Source: Psilocybe cubensis
Lineage: Eukaryota
Reading direction: 5' to 3'
NCBI GenBank assembly: GCA_017499595.2
Contig: CM039007.1
Location: 186,001 to 250,000 of the forward strand
Length of the DNA: 64,000 nt
A program made the translations under genes and the position numbers. Below are positions 50,990-64,000 of this stretch, piece by piece. Every line of letters starts with the position of its first letter. Position 1 is the first letter of the stretch. The notes under the pieces are model-generated. The model did not search any database and was not told where the DNA came from. It saw nothing but the letters and a program-made list of their open reading frames with translations.

Positions 50990-53548
50990 CGGGTAGAACA
51001 CGACATCGAGTATGAAGACGGGCGTATGACCGTCGACGGCGTGCGCTGGGAGTACCGCCTGTACACCCTGCGCGGCGCGGCCCCGACGAAGGCGTTTGGG
51101 ACGAGGACGATTGGAGACGTGGCGCGGGTCGTTGGGGAGCACGTCGCGGATCGGGAGGGGGGGACGTCGCGGATCGGGAGGGGGGGACGGATGGGGCAGG
51201 TGCAGGTGCAGGTGCAGGTGTAGGTGCAGAGGCTGGAGCGGAAGGGGGAGTAGCACCTGGATCAAAAACATCTCCCAACCCAACCCCAACCCCAACCACC
51301 ACCGCACCGCACCGAAAACGAAAACGAAAACGCCAACGCCAACGCCCACGCCAACGACCACGACCACCACGCGCTACTACATCCGCGAAGCGCGCAAATG
51401 GACGCGCTCGACGCGGCCAAGGCAGAAGCTCCCGCTGTTGAAGGGGCGGTATAGGCTTGACTGTGCGCGCGGGGGCGGGGGGAAGTGGCGGCATGTGTCT
51501 GTGTATTATTCTCCCCGGGGCTCGGGTGCGGGTGCGTGTGCTGGTGGGAGGGCGAGGGCAGGGGCAGGGGCAGGGGCAGGGGCTTGGATGGGCGGAGCAG
51601 AGGGAGAGGAGGATAGGAAAGTTGGGCTTGGGGTTGGGGTTGGGGTTGGGTCTGGGGCGGTGAAATTGGCATGTAAAACTGAACCGGGGAGTGTTGACGA
51701 GCCTTCTTTGAAAGTGAAGAGGGAACCTGTTTGGATTGATTTGTCGGATGGTGTTGCTAGTGCTGGTGCTGGTGCTGCCGGTACGGGTACGTTTCCTTTT
51801 GTCCTTGTTTCTCTCGTGTTCTACTTTTTTGTTGTTCGGGTTCTTTTAATGGCTTTGAGTTTAGCTGGGTTGGGAGTAGTGCAGCTGACTTGTTTTTTTT
51901 TTTTTTTTTTTTTTTGACCGGTTGGGTTGGAATGAGCAGGAGATAGACAAACTATACATATTGATCTTACATCCGAGGAGAATTGGCGAGCGAGGGGGAT
52001 AACATGTGCGTAGTTTTTTTTTTTTTTGCGCTCCTTCAGAAGATACGATTTGATTGACTTCCGGTGATTCGTGCTGACTTTTCATTCTTTTTCTGTTCGT
52101 TCTGAACATGACTAGTGACCATTCCACGCGCTGAACCGTCTGCGCCCTCGGTGCCTGCTGAAAGAGGTGCTCTTGCGCACCAGTCTCCATCCGATTCGCA
52201 TACTCCTCTACATCCGCCACACCATGTTTCCCCACATCCACATCCACAATCACAGCAGTTGCAACCGCAACCGCAACCGCAACCTCAACGTCAACCACAA
52301 GTTCCACAGCCGCCCAGTCCAAAATTAGAGCTAACCTCTCGTCATCATGCTGAAAATAACCACACGCCAGCGTCTACTTCTGCTTCTGCTCTTGGCGCCT
52401 CATCCTCCTCTGCTACGCACGTCGAACTTGATGCTGTGCATGGTACTACCACCCGCGAAAATCAGAGTGGGCATCTGAACGAGGAATACTGTGATGATGA
52501 TGATGATGATGAGAATGAGGAGCTGCAGTATCCTGATTTTGTGGATGTGGATGTGGATGTGGATGTGGATGTGCATCATGCTCGTCAGGACCATCACCAT
52601 CCTCCGCCTATTCCTTCTCTGATGGACACGTCGACGGCGGCGGCGGCGGCGGCGGCGGCGATGAGTGCTCCTGCGCCAGCAACGTCGGCACTGCCACTGC
52701 CACTGCCATTACCACTACCACCAGCACCACTACCACCAGCACCACTACCACCACCACATTCACAGATGCATATACAGCCACCAGCGCCAGCGCGAGCTCT
52801 TGACACCACACTGCAAATACGAACGTTGGTGAACGCGATAAAGGAGGATGTGCGCGCTGTGATGGAGCTTGTGAAGAGGCTTGAGAGGAGGCTGGAGGTG
52901 TTTGAGGGTATGTTGGGAGGTGCTGGTGCCGGTGGTGCCGATGGTGTGGGTGGGAATGGGAATGGGAATGGGAATGGGAATGGGAATGGGAATGGGAATG
53001 AGAGGGGCGAGGATGGGGTCGATAAGGATGTGCATGTGCATGTGAAAGGGAAGGGAGAGGGTGATATGAAGGGATCGGATGGTCAGAAGTGTGAAGGGGA
53101 GAGTCTGCGTGGTGTTCAGAGCGAATGTGCGGTGGATGCGGTGTTGGGTGGTGTGTTTGAGAAGGAGAAGGAGACGGGTGGGGGTGGTAATTTAGATGTG
53201 GATGTGGATATGGATGGTGGAGATGGTGTGGAAGGTGAGCAGGTTATGTCTGGACATGAAGAAGAAGAGGAGGGTAAGCGCGAAATGGGTGGTGGTGAGG
53301 TTGGAATGGTGAGGAAACGGAAAAGAGAGGTTGGGATTAGAGATTCAGGTACAGGTGCAGGTGAAGGTGAAGGTGCAGGTGGGATGGAGCGGATTGGCGC
53401 TGTTGGTGGTGATGTTGATGTTGATGGATGTATAGGAAGGCTTGTTGCGAAACGGGTCAAGGTCAAAGTTGGTGAGAAATTTACAGGGAAAGAGAATGGG
53501 GAAGAGAAAGGAAATGAGAAAGGTAGTGGGGAAGAGAGGGAGATATAG
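50990..53548 (+). CDS. Low-complexity hypothetical protein with apparent frameshift(s) near 51140-51250; paralogue of 36693-38170
   Basis: RMTVDGVRWEYRLY...FGTRTIGDVARV, YYIREARKW...PLLKGRYRLD, EELQYP, VKRLERRLE, RKRKR. Intron about 51781-52115. Start uncertain. Confidence 0.6.
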
Positions 53549-56500
53549 AGAGAAAGAAGATGAGATGAATGGCTAGGAAGATCATAAGATCCAAGCATCC
53601 TCATCTACGGATAAGATAGTTGCGAGGTTATGATTTTCCCAGTTGACAGTTGAGAATTTTCACGATCACTATGACAGTTTTCAACTCTCATTTGATTGAT
53701 ACTTAGGTGCCTGAACTTCTCAGGTCTCACTAGTCACTTCCCATCATCTTCTTTCATTACATACTATCTTCCTGTACTTCTGCAGACCATATATTTAATA
53801 TCTTCCACCTCGTTTCTCGTCCTCCACCATCTTCGGTTCCCTCCTTTCACTCAGCCTGCTCTCCCTCAGGCTCGCGTTGCCGTTTTTTGTGTCGGCCCTC
53901 TCGTCGACTCTCGCACGTGATCCTCTCATACAAAGTCTTTCTAGATTCAGACTCCCCGCCAAAGCCCTACGCACCCACGGAATATTGTGTACTACGCATT
54001 ATTCTGTTTTCTTACTCTCCTTCATCTCTTATCTACAACGAGAAAAACACCACTGAGCACCCGATATCTTATTGGAATGGTTGGTTTTCGATTATGTTGG
54101 AGGTAATATACTGATTTTGATATGAACCCTTGGCCTCAGATCTCAGAATCAGAGCTGAGGTTCGAAATTCACCATTCGACATTCGACATTCGAATCTGGA
54201 TCTGATCATTTACACTTTAGGATGCTGAGGTGTATTTCGTGGTTATATCCTCTATGTAGCTTCTTGCTTTAGTTACAGTATGTGTGTATTTGGGTCATTT
54301 TGTTTATTGGTATTCTGTTTCCTTCCTGTGTTCTGCAGCTTTGGGTTTTGTGTATGTAGGATATTCGTATTTGTATTCGTAAGTTGTCCTTGTCCTTGTC
54401 CTTTTTGTTGTTGTTGTTGTTGTCCTTGTCCTTGTCCTTGTTGTTGGTGCTTTAACTTGATGCATCCTTGTGAGATTTTTGCGTTGATGTGCATGTCGGT
54501 GTTTGTGTTTATGTCTGGCTTTGGCTTTTGTTGACAGCTGGCAGCCTAGCGTATTTACGAGGGATCACACCGAGGTCCGACATCGATGTTGATCTTTTTT
54601 GTTTGTCTCTGTCATGTCGAGTCCTTCAGCCTTGGCTCCGGGATGATTTCTTGTGGTGTCGTGGAGATGGAGATGGTGATGGAGGTGGTTATTGTACACC
54701 GGTGTAGGATTGTCGGTGGGCAGGTTTAGGATAAGATCATAAGATGACTCAAGTGCTTTTGTAATTCAGAATCTGGGCTTTGCTGAGGCGTAGGTAACGC
54801 TTGATTGATAACTGTGTACACTGATCCTGGGATTTTGAACTTGAATGCAAGATTCTGCATCACAGCTTCTTTGAACATGCTTAGGCTTAGATCTGCTTTG
54901 ATTAAGTTGATAAGGAAATGTTGGAAAGAGAAAAGAAAAGTAATGGGATGTACTCTGAAGATGTTCTCGTCGCTGCTCCAACTTGCGCGGGGGATGTCGA
55001 TGAGGCCGAGGTAGGGTCTTGATCCTGATGTTTGAGAGGTACTATGAGTTCCGAGCTACGATTCAGGCGATGTAAGTAAGTAAATGGTTAGTTACTAGTT
55101 GACGGGACTGTTGCCCTATTATTATTATCATCTTTATCCGATGTCGCGCGCGTGGGTTAATGAATGAGGTGGCGTTCCAATTTCCCAGGACCAGATGGAC
55201 TGAGGATGATTAAGGTTAAGATTCAAATTACGCAAAGGTCTTGCGATGCAGTGCGTATTCGTAAGGTACCCTGTGTCGGTTAAGGACGGTTACTGTGCGT
55301 TGATTCTTCCATGTTACAGGTCGTGCGAGCGTTTCGGGGGTTGATAGTTAGTGGGTGTGTAACGGTACGTGGGTGGGTGGAAACGTTATTATTCTCAGGA
55401 TTGATATTTGTTATTGCGCAGTTCGGTGGTGGTAGGTATGGAAGATGGGGGGATCAGCGTGTATGTTGCCTTATCTTTTTGTAAACGTGGTTTTTGGCAA
55501 GTTGAGTTTTGTTATAACTTTAAGTATGTAATGCCTCAAGGCATCGGCCTGTGGGAATGGGCGAGACGTCCGATATCGCCGATCGTGATGATGGTGCATG
55601 GCTTGCACAAGGCAGCCGCGCGTCCTCCCCGCACAGACCATGCTTTTGTCTTGGGCTTTGGACTCTGCTTGCCCCCCTTTGAGGCTGGGATAAGTGGTCG
55701 TGGATATGCTAACGAGACAAGACAATGGGCTTTTGCTAGTCTGTTGTCCTTGTTGGTGGTTGTGGTGTGATCGTGGGCTTGGTAGGAGACGTGTCTGTGC
55801 TATGATTGAATTTACAGGTCTCAGGGTTTGGCAAATCGCTGTGGTGATCAGCCTTGAAGGGATTGTAGAGCTCTTAGATTGTAGACGCTGCTGTGCGTTT
55901 AGGGTTCAGGGACAATCGATATGGTTCGATGCGATTCGATTGTGTTCAACATTCATGCGAAGCTGAACGGCGCACGGTGCACCCCTTTCACTGTACCCCT
56001 TTCTCAAGGGCTACTATTCCACCAACCGTCCAACCAACGAGCAAATGGACGTCGTGTGCAGACTAGCTACTAGCAGCCCTATAAAACGAACTAGTAGATA
56101 CCTAGATAGACAAAAGGTTCAAACTGAGAGAAAAAAAAAACACATAATTGTTTGGCACACCGCGCACGGACAAACAAGTCGAATCTCGCGTTTCCATTGC
56201 CTTTGCGGTTTCACGGTGTTCACTTGTTGTGTCACGGTGCTTTTTTTTTTCCCCTCACCCGACTACAGCTCGCTTTTGTGTTGTGTTAAAGGGGACACCT
56301 GTTCGACGGTTGCTATCGCCCCCTACGAACGGACAAAAAAAATAACTTGTCTCGCGAATTAACTTTTTGTTGGGTTGGGATTGAAGCTTGAAGGGGAGAC
56401 AAACTCGGCCTTTGGTGTTAACGACGGGTTTCTTTTTATTTGGGTAAGTTCGGAAACGAGTCTTTTTTTTCTTCTTTCTTTGCGCTGTCCTTTGGCTTTC

Positions 56501-57696
56501 TTTTATATCGTCTGCGCCTTCCCTTCCGGTCTTTCTGGTTCTCTCCTTTTCTTTCTTTGCTTTAAGCCAGGGTGTTTGGGGAGTTGTTGACGAGGGTTTT
56601 TTTTTGCACGTACAGAACTATCACTCATCATTCCCATTCCGACGAGCGTGGACTTCGTTCCGGAACTACACGCTGCGAAGCTCGATTTTGAAGGTTTTGA
56701 ATTTGAATCCGAACCGGAACTTGGGTACGTCCTTTGCTTTTCGAATGTGAACGTATCCGCTCAATACACCATCTACCATCTACCCGCTCCCCCTCTCCGC
56801 TCGTCGTTGACTTCGTCTGTGATTGGTGGCCTGTTTTTTTTGCTTGGTACATATACATTCATCTACGTCGCCAGCGCATTTGATTCGACTCGACTTGCTT
56901 GCTCGCTCATAACACCCACGCATCATCGGGGACGTTGACGGCTACGATTACGACTACACGCGCGATACGTAGTTTTACACATTTCTCTGCTCTGCTCTGC
57001 TCGATTCGACATCGATATCGCTCCCCGCTTCAGATTCGACTGTGTAGGGACGGAGTCACTTGTTGGGGATCGTAGAGACACGGAGTATAAGCTGTCGTTG
57101 ATTTTTGACGGTTAACATTCGAACGTGAGGTACGCATTTGTTTTCTTTCTTTCATCTCCTCTCCTCTCCTCTCCTCTCCTCTGCTTTTGTGCTCGGTCGA
57201 AGTCTTGAAGTCGACGTTGATTAACTGGACAACAGAGTTGTGTGGTTTTTTACGTTCTTTCTGTCCGCTGTCACTGTGCTTGTTGCTATACCCCCCCTCC
57301 TTTTTTTTCCTCGACGACTTCCGCGCCTACGCCTACACCTACACCTACACCTACGTCCACGTTTCACGTTTTACGATCGAGTAACGTACTCCTACGCAAC
57401 CGACTTCTGCGTTTACGACCTTGGACTGTTCGCTGGTACCTCCCCCGCCCCACGTCGACTTGTGTTATATCTGTGTCTGTATCTGTATCTGTGTACGGAC
57501 CCCATCGGACGAGACGAACGTGTTGTATTACGAACGACACGCCAACCGACAAGAAGAGAAGGGCTCTGTAGGCATCTACCTAACAGTCGACGATCTACCC
57601 CACCGTCAGCACTGCGTAGGGTGTAATCACAGCAACAACAGCCAGAAGGAAAGCTCTTTCTTGATCGAGATTACTGCGATATTATTGTAAACGGCT

Positions 57697-60600
57697 ATGC
57701 CGCTCACGCTGGCGTTCCGCGCGCGGGATGCGAGTTCGGCGGGGCCGTCGTCGTTGGTGGTGAGCCGGGGTAGGGATTCCGGTGACTCCTCCTCCTCCTC
57801 CTCCTCCTCTTCTTCGTCTTCTTCCTCCTCCTCATCATCATCATCATCATCGTCGTCTGAGTCTTCGTCTGGATCGAGATCAAGCTCGAATTCGAGATCG
57901 AGTTCGAGGGTGGGGAAGAGGAAGGGGAAGGGGGCTGGTTCTGCGTTGGGATCGGACAAGGACAAGGATGAGGGGAGAGCGGGTGCGACGAAGGCGAAGG
58001 CGAAGGCGAAGGCGAAGGCGGGCAGGGGTGCGAGGGGCGGTACGCGCGCTTCGTCGGCGGTGTCTGGGGTTGCTGGGCCCAGCGCGAGTGCGGGCGCTAG
58101 CACGAGTACGGGCGCTGGTGCCGGTACGGGTACGGGTGCGGGTGCGGGTGCGACGACGGTGAAACATCGGATGAAAGGGTACGAATACGATTATGGCAAG
58201 AACAAAAAGTCGACCGTGTCTGGGTCTGCTTCTGGGTCTACTTCTACTACAGCGAATGCGAATGCGACGCCGTGGAGGCATCCGTCGGAGCTGCCGTATG
58301 TGCGCGAGGCGCCGTGGACGCAGGATATGATGGTGGAGTATATGAGGTACCATGCGTTTAGTGTGCCGGGGAGAGATGCGAGTAGTGCGGTGCAGCTTGT
58401 GCCGGTGTTGCTTTGGGGTGTGTTGGCTGCTTTTGTGGGAGGCGGCGGGGGTGCTGGTGTTGGGGGTGGTGGGGGCGAGTTGGAGGGTATGCGGATGGAT
58501 GTGGATGGGCCTGTGTCTGTATCTGAGTCCCAGCAGCAGCAGACACCAGCGCGCCCGGCGCTCTCGGCTGAGAATGTCGTGGTGTGGTTGCCGAGAGGGT
58601 ATAGAGTCCCGTTGATGTTCATCGCGAAATTCCAATGGGAATCTCTACGTCTCGTCTTGACAGCCCCGGACCCAGACGCGGATTGGGCGTCGTTCAAATA
58701 CAACCTTATCCACCTCGCACGGATATGCCAGCATCTTTTCCTCCAGGCCCGTCTCGCGCGTGCGCAGGCCATTGCGCGGGTCAGAGAGAGTACGGTGGCG
58801 AGTGTGGTTAAAGCTAGAGAGAAGGCGAAGAGTGAGAGGGAGTTGGCGATTATTGGGGGGTTTGATAAGGGCTGGAGGTGTGAGATGTTTGATAGGTTGT
58901 TGGTGAGGTTTTATCAGAGGTGGTTTTTGAGTGAGGATAGGTGGTTGAGGAAGTTTTGGGAGGAGTTTGATGAGGAGGAGTATGAGAGTGATGTTGTTAA
59001 GCATGGTGAGTTGTTTTTTTGTTTTATTTCTTTATATTTTATTTGTTTTTGTTGTTGGGCTGTTTTTTTGGTTGGGAGGAGATGGGTTCTGGGAGTTTGT
59101 AAGTTTGGGCATTGCTAGTGGTTGTCGGCGTCGTGCGTCGCGTGATGTGGCGGCGCGTCGCTGTCGCGTCTTGTTATTTTTGGATTTGTTTTTTTTTCTT
59201 TTGACTTCTTGTTGGGAGACTGATTACTGACAAACTGATATCCCGTACCATCCTCGGTTCATCCACATTCTTCCTCGTTTTTCTCATTCTGTTTCTCCCA
59301 TTTTTTTATCTTATCGCGCCAATATTCTTGACAACCTCCGTTCCGTTCCAACGACCACCCATATATCACGCTACCACCCCACCACCAACACCGACACCGA
59401 CATATAGACTGGGCGCGATGGGCGATAAAAGGCCATGCTGGGTTCAGCCTCTCCAAAGAGGAGCTTCAAAATGGTATAACAGCCGAAGAGTTCATGCGCG
59501 GGCTTGCGAAAATCACCGTTGTCGATTCGAGTGCTGCACCTGATAATAACACCACTGCAAATGCCAATGATGCGACGGCCACAGACACAAATACAGACAC
59601 GAACACGAGCGCCAAGACGTCGACGAAGTGGGTGTGGGACCCGACGGCACCTGCGCCTGCGCTCCCTCCGCTCCCTAGCGCGCAGGAGATCGAGAGGAGC
59701 GGGTTGAGCCAGGTGTTGGAGAATGTGATTGTGAAGAAGGAAGTCATTGAGCAGGTGCTTTCAGCGCAGGATGGTGAGTGTATTCGGTTTTACCTTTCTT
59801 TCCTACTTGGTTCTTGTCTGGATTTTTTTTTTTCGTGTGTGTTTTTACTTCGTGTTGTGTGTGTTTTTTTTATGTTGTGCTTCTTTCACCCACGCGCCCA
59901 AAACGTGGGTGGGTGGCTGTGCATTTTACGCGTGAATGGTCCGTGCGTACTTTTACGCGTGATCATTTCCGGATATGGAAGGAAGTGTACGCAGCAGGGC
60001 TGGATCTTGGTGCAAGTGCGAAGTGCATTCCGTCTCATCATGTCGATGTCGAGTTTATTTGCATTCGTTTGCCTTGTGCTTCTGCTTTTCGTTTTTTGAC
60101 CCTTGTGCTTTGTATCCGTTTTTTGCGTGTTTTATTTCGTGGTTTTTTTGTGTCTTTCTTCCTTCCCTTCGCTCTGTTTGCTTCTACTTCGTCCCTTTGA
60201 CGAAACCGAATACGTTCGCGGGAACAGTTTTGCTTCTTTTTTATATGCTTTGCTTTGAAACGATTCTTGGGAACTTGACTTTTGCTGTGGAAGTCTGTGG
60301 CATCCAAGCTTTCTGCGTACGTGATTACGATTTTCACTTCCTCGGCAATGTCCTCTGTTTGCTTCACTCTATCTTTCCCCATTCCGCTTTATACTTTCTG
60401 GCATTTTAGGGTGCTTAATTTCCGCCCGTTATACGCATTTGTGAAACTTTTTGCTGGATATATGCGCGGCACTTTTTGCGTTTCAGCTTTTTTAATGGTC
60501 AGGCTATGCGGCGATCTGTACCGTGTGTGATTGGCTTTTTGGTTCGTGATGCCGATACGCATGGCCATTGATGTGATTCTGGTGTATTTGGAATTAGGGT

Positions 60601-63600
60601 GGTCCTTTCTTTGCCACCGTTATAATTGTTTTTGTCGCATTTTAGAGATGTTAGGGATGTGGATGTCCATCGATGGGTTCTAGCAGTATGTTTATTTGAC
60701 GTATTCGGGATGATGGCGTTTTTGTTCGCATTAAACCTTCTTTTTTTTCCCCTTGGTCGCTTTTTGTTTTGCGATTTACCGTTTGTATTTAACCTGACTA
60801 ACAATTTTTTTTTCATTCTTCAATCCCGTCCATCTGGCAATTTTGAATAGTTGCAGAACCTTCGACTTCGACTTCGACTTTGTCGACGATAGATCCTTCG
60901 ATTAGCCAGCCGCAGCCGCTGCGGATTGACGCGGCGCTCGTTGCAAAGTTTGCGGAGATCACGAACGCGCAGGGGGCTGTTACCGCCCCGCCGCCTCTGA
61001 CGCCCAAGAAGTCGAAGAAGGAGAAACATAAAGGCACAGAAAAAGACAAGGAGAAGGAGAAGGAGAAAGAGAAAGATCCAGACAAGGAGAAAAGTCCGGA
61101 GAAAGACAAAGGCAAGGGTAAAGGCAAGGAGGACGAGAGTGAGCAGGCAGTAACGCTCGGGACACGGAGAGGAAGGGTTATGTCTTCGCCTTTGATGCTT
61201 TCCGAGCCGAAGGACAAGGGTAAGGGCAAGGAGAAGGAGAAGGAAAGGGATAGCGGGCAGGAGCAAGATAAAGGCCAGGAGAGGGGTAAGGGGAAAGGCA
61301 AGGAGAGAGAAGAGAGAAAGGTGGTGGTTGAAATTGCGTCGGGTCGAAAGCGCCGCCTGGAGGATGCAGATAGTGCGAGTGCGAGCGGGAGTAAGCGCCG
61401 GAAGGAGGATGGAGATGCTGACGCGGAACAAGAGCAAGAAAGAGTTCCCAGACGTCCACCCCCTGTATGTGTTTTCTCCTTTGGTTTGGTTTTTTGTTTT
61501 CTGCTTCTTTCTGCTTCTTCTTTTCCCTTCTCTTTATATTTCATTTACCTCAGTTCTTTTGCTGGTCTGGTAAAAAAAACAAAATCGCTCATTATGTTTG
61601 TTCTATTAACGACAGATAATGGCGCAGGCCAGAATGCCCGAATACGTGCGGAAGCTGGAACGGGAGATGATCAAGGAGAGGGAACACAAGCGGAAGCTCG
61701 AGGAGAGGAAGCGCCAGCGGAAGCTCGAGCGGAAGGAGCTCCGCGACAGGCAGTTGGGGCGCACGCCCGCGTCGGCGTCGACGGCGCTCTCGCCTGATTC
61801 GACGTCTGCGGCGCCGGTGCTCTCGCCTGATTCGACGTCTGCGGCGCCGGTGCTCTCGCCTGCGTCTGCGTCTGCGTCGGCACCAGTACCGGCTCCTTCG
61901 TCTATGTTTGCGTCTATTTCGGCGGCGACACCAGGGTTGAAGTTGAGGATGAAAGGTGTCTCGCCTGTGAAGAGCAAGATGAAGCAGGCAACGCGGAGGC
62001 AAGATACAGGTGCGAGTGCGCGTGCGCGTGCGAGTACGAGCGCGAGTGCGATTGGACTGTCGCCTATGGAGGGCGTAGAGTCGACTGCACCGACGCCGAT
62101 GTCGACAGCGACGCCTGCTCTGACTCAGATAGTTCTCAACTCGCCCACTCCTCCGCCAGCGCCAGTCGCAACGACGACACCGACAGTAGCAGCGATAACG
62201 ACGACCTCGACCACGACCACGACCACAACAGCAACGACTTCCACGTCGGCTTCGGGCAGTACACCCACGCCTGTGGCCGCGCCCAAGACGCCTTCGTCGA
62301 CTGCGTCCACGCCGACCCCGCCTCCGCCACCTATCACCAACGGCACGGCGAAGCCTGCGTCTGGTACAGTGTCCACAACAAAGCCTGCGGTGCCTGCGGG
62401 CAAGAGGGCGGCGATCTTTTTGGGAGATAAAGGGTCGGTCAGTTTTGCGGGCACCAGTGCCAGTGGAAGCAGCGGTGCGGGAAGTTCGGACAGCGCGAGC
62501 GCGAATGCGAATGCGATGCAACTCGCAACGGCGTCGCCTGGGCCTAGTGCATCGACTCAGCCAGCTACTGAAGGTGCGGCTACGGCTGCTACTGCTACCG
62601 CGACCACGCCAACGCCAATACCAATGCAGAAGCATGCTACTCCAGCTCCACCTGGGGTCGCGCCACAGTCTACCAGTTCCTCTTTAGTTACGAGTGCAGC
62701 AAAGCCCAAAGCGGGGCCGTCGCCGCCGCCTCCTGCTGGTTCATCGTCCTCGGCGGCGGCTGGGGTAGGAGGACAGGCGACGCTGGCGGCTATCATCAAC
62801 GACGCGCTGATGCGCTCTGTACAGGGCCTACAAGCGCAACTGCAACAGGAAGCTGCGTTGGCTTCTACAACTACCCCGACTTCGACTAACGCTGGTGCTG
62901 CTGCTGCTGCTACTACCACTGCGTCTTCCGGCGCGACTGCGACTTCATCTGTGTCAGCGGGAGCAGGCGGACAGGCGGGAAAGAGCAAGCTTACGCTGAC
63001 GCAGGAGCAGCTTGCCACGTTGAATATGATGGCGAAGATTATTGGCACGAGCAGGATGGGTCCGCCGACGCCGACGCCGACGTCGACGCCTGCTCTTGTT
63101 TCTACGCCTGCCCCTGCGCCTGTTTCGACGTCTACGTCTACGTCGGGGGCGAGTGCGGGGTCCAGTGTGGGGTCTAGTGTTGCGCCGGTATCTACTGCTG
63201 GTGCTACACCCGTACTGGGCCCGTCAAATGTAAATGCGAACTTTGGTGCAAGTGCGGGTGGGGGTGGGAGCAGTATACGGGCGAGTCCGGCTGCTCCTAC
63301 ACCCACCCCCACGACGGCGACGGCCACGACGACGACGGTGACGACAGCGACTAGTTCTAGCTCTGGCGCAAAGCCAGCTATCACTACCAGCACCGCTGGC
63401 AAAGCTCCTACAATTTCGAATGCGAATGCGAACGCGAACGCGAGTTCAAGCGGGAAGCCTGCCCCAGCTCCTCTCCCGCGCGTCGGCCTGTCGAACGCGG
63501 CACAGGCGCAGACGGTCGTTTCGTCGACTGCGGTGTTGGCGGGTGTCAGTGCGGCTCATCAGCAATCTTCTTCCTCTTCCTCTTCTTTTTCTGCTGCTGC

Positions 63601-64000
63601 TGCTGGACGAGGTGGGACGGCCAATATGGGTCAAGCGCAAGCGCAAGTTCAAGGCAAAGGGCAGCAGACGGTGCCTCTGCCTATGTCGAAGTTGGTTAGG
63701 AGTGCTGTGGATAGTGTTGCCGCTGGAAGTGGAAGTGCGATGCAAGTCGACGGTCCTCCTCCTCCTGTGTCTGCGTCTGCCGGAGCGCCAGCGAGACTCC
63801 CGCAGGCGCCGCAGGATGATGCGATGAAGATGGATGTGGACAATGACAATGACACAGATGTGGGAAGGACGCGTGCGTCTCGGGCTTTGACGTCGACAGC
63901 TGCTAGACCAGGGCGTTTAAATCTGCCTCCCATACCGATACCGATACCGACTCCCGCAAACGCTTCAGCTCCTACGCCGCTTCCCGGCACAACGACGATG
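57697..64000 (+). CDS. Large low-complexity hypothetical protein, runs off the window end
   Basis: Exons 57697-59005, 59408-59773, 60851-61464 and 61616-end splice in frame. One Trp-rich globular region, KE-rich tracts and a long Ala/Ser/Thr/Pro tail. Confidence 0.75.

Larger units (their letters stand above)
50400..64000. repeat. Microsatellite-saturated domain, mainly tri- and hexanucleotide units
   Basis: (GCAGGG)n, (GGGGTT)n, (GATGTG)n, (GGGAAT)n, (AAGGCG)n, (TCC)n, (CTCTC)n, (TGTCCT)n and long T-runs. Confidence 0.9.

Noticed and set aside
51277-51650. (CCCCAA)n/(GGGGTT)n as telomeric repeats
   Set aside because: Only 3-4 units among many other hexamer runs in coding sequence; not TTAGGG arrays.
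57627-63990. Many long minus-strand and alternate-frame ORFs
   Set aside because: Shadow ORFs of GC-rich low-complexity coding sequence on the plus strand.

Overview
Intron-rich fungal DNA, most likely an agaricomycete mushroom: GT-AG introns of about 50-65 bp and basidiomycete-type F-box, DUF6533, CHAT and TET/JBP genes. The first 38 kb is an accessory gene region. It holds three SMP-30/gluconolactonase paralogues (one a pseudogene), a 2OG-Fe(II) oxygenase, a linoleate-diol-synthase-type peroxidase-P450 fusion, a Nudix hydrolase, a TPR-CHAT protease, F-box-like genes, two MITEs and LINE fragments, one of which is nested inside a TIR. The highlight is at about 38.3-49.4 kb: an apparently intact CACTA/CMC-type DNA transposon. 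It carries a TET/JBP dioxygenase with complete catalytic motifs and a CpG-saturated 45-bp tandem array, plus two uncharacterised genes. The element sits between two paralogues of an unknown gene family. From about 50.4 kb to the end the sequence switches abruptly to a microsatellite-saturated domain with long introns. Family assignments come from motif recognition by eye, and exon and element boundaries are manual estimates.
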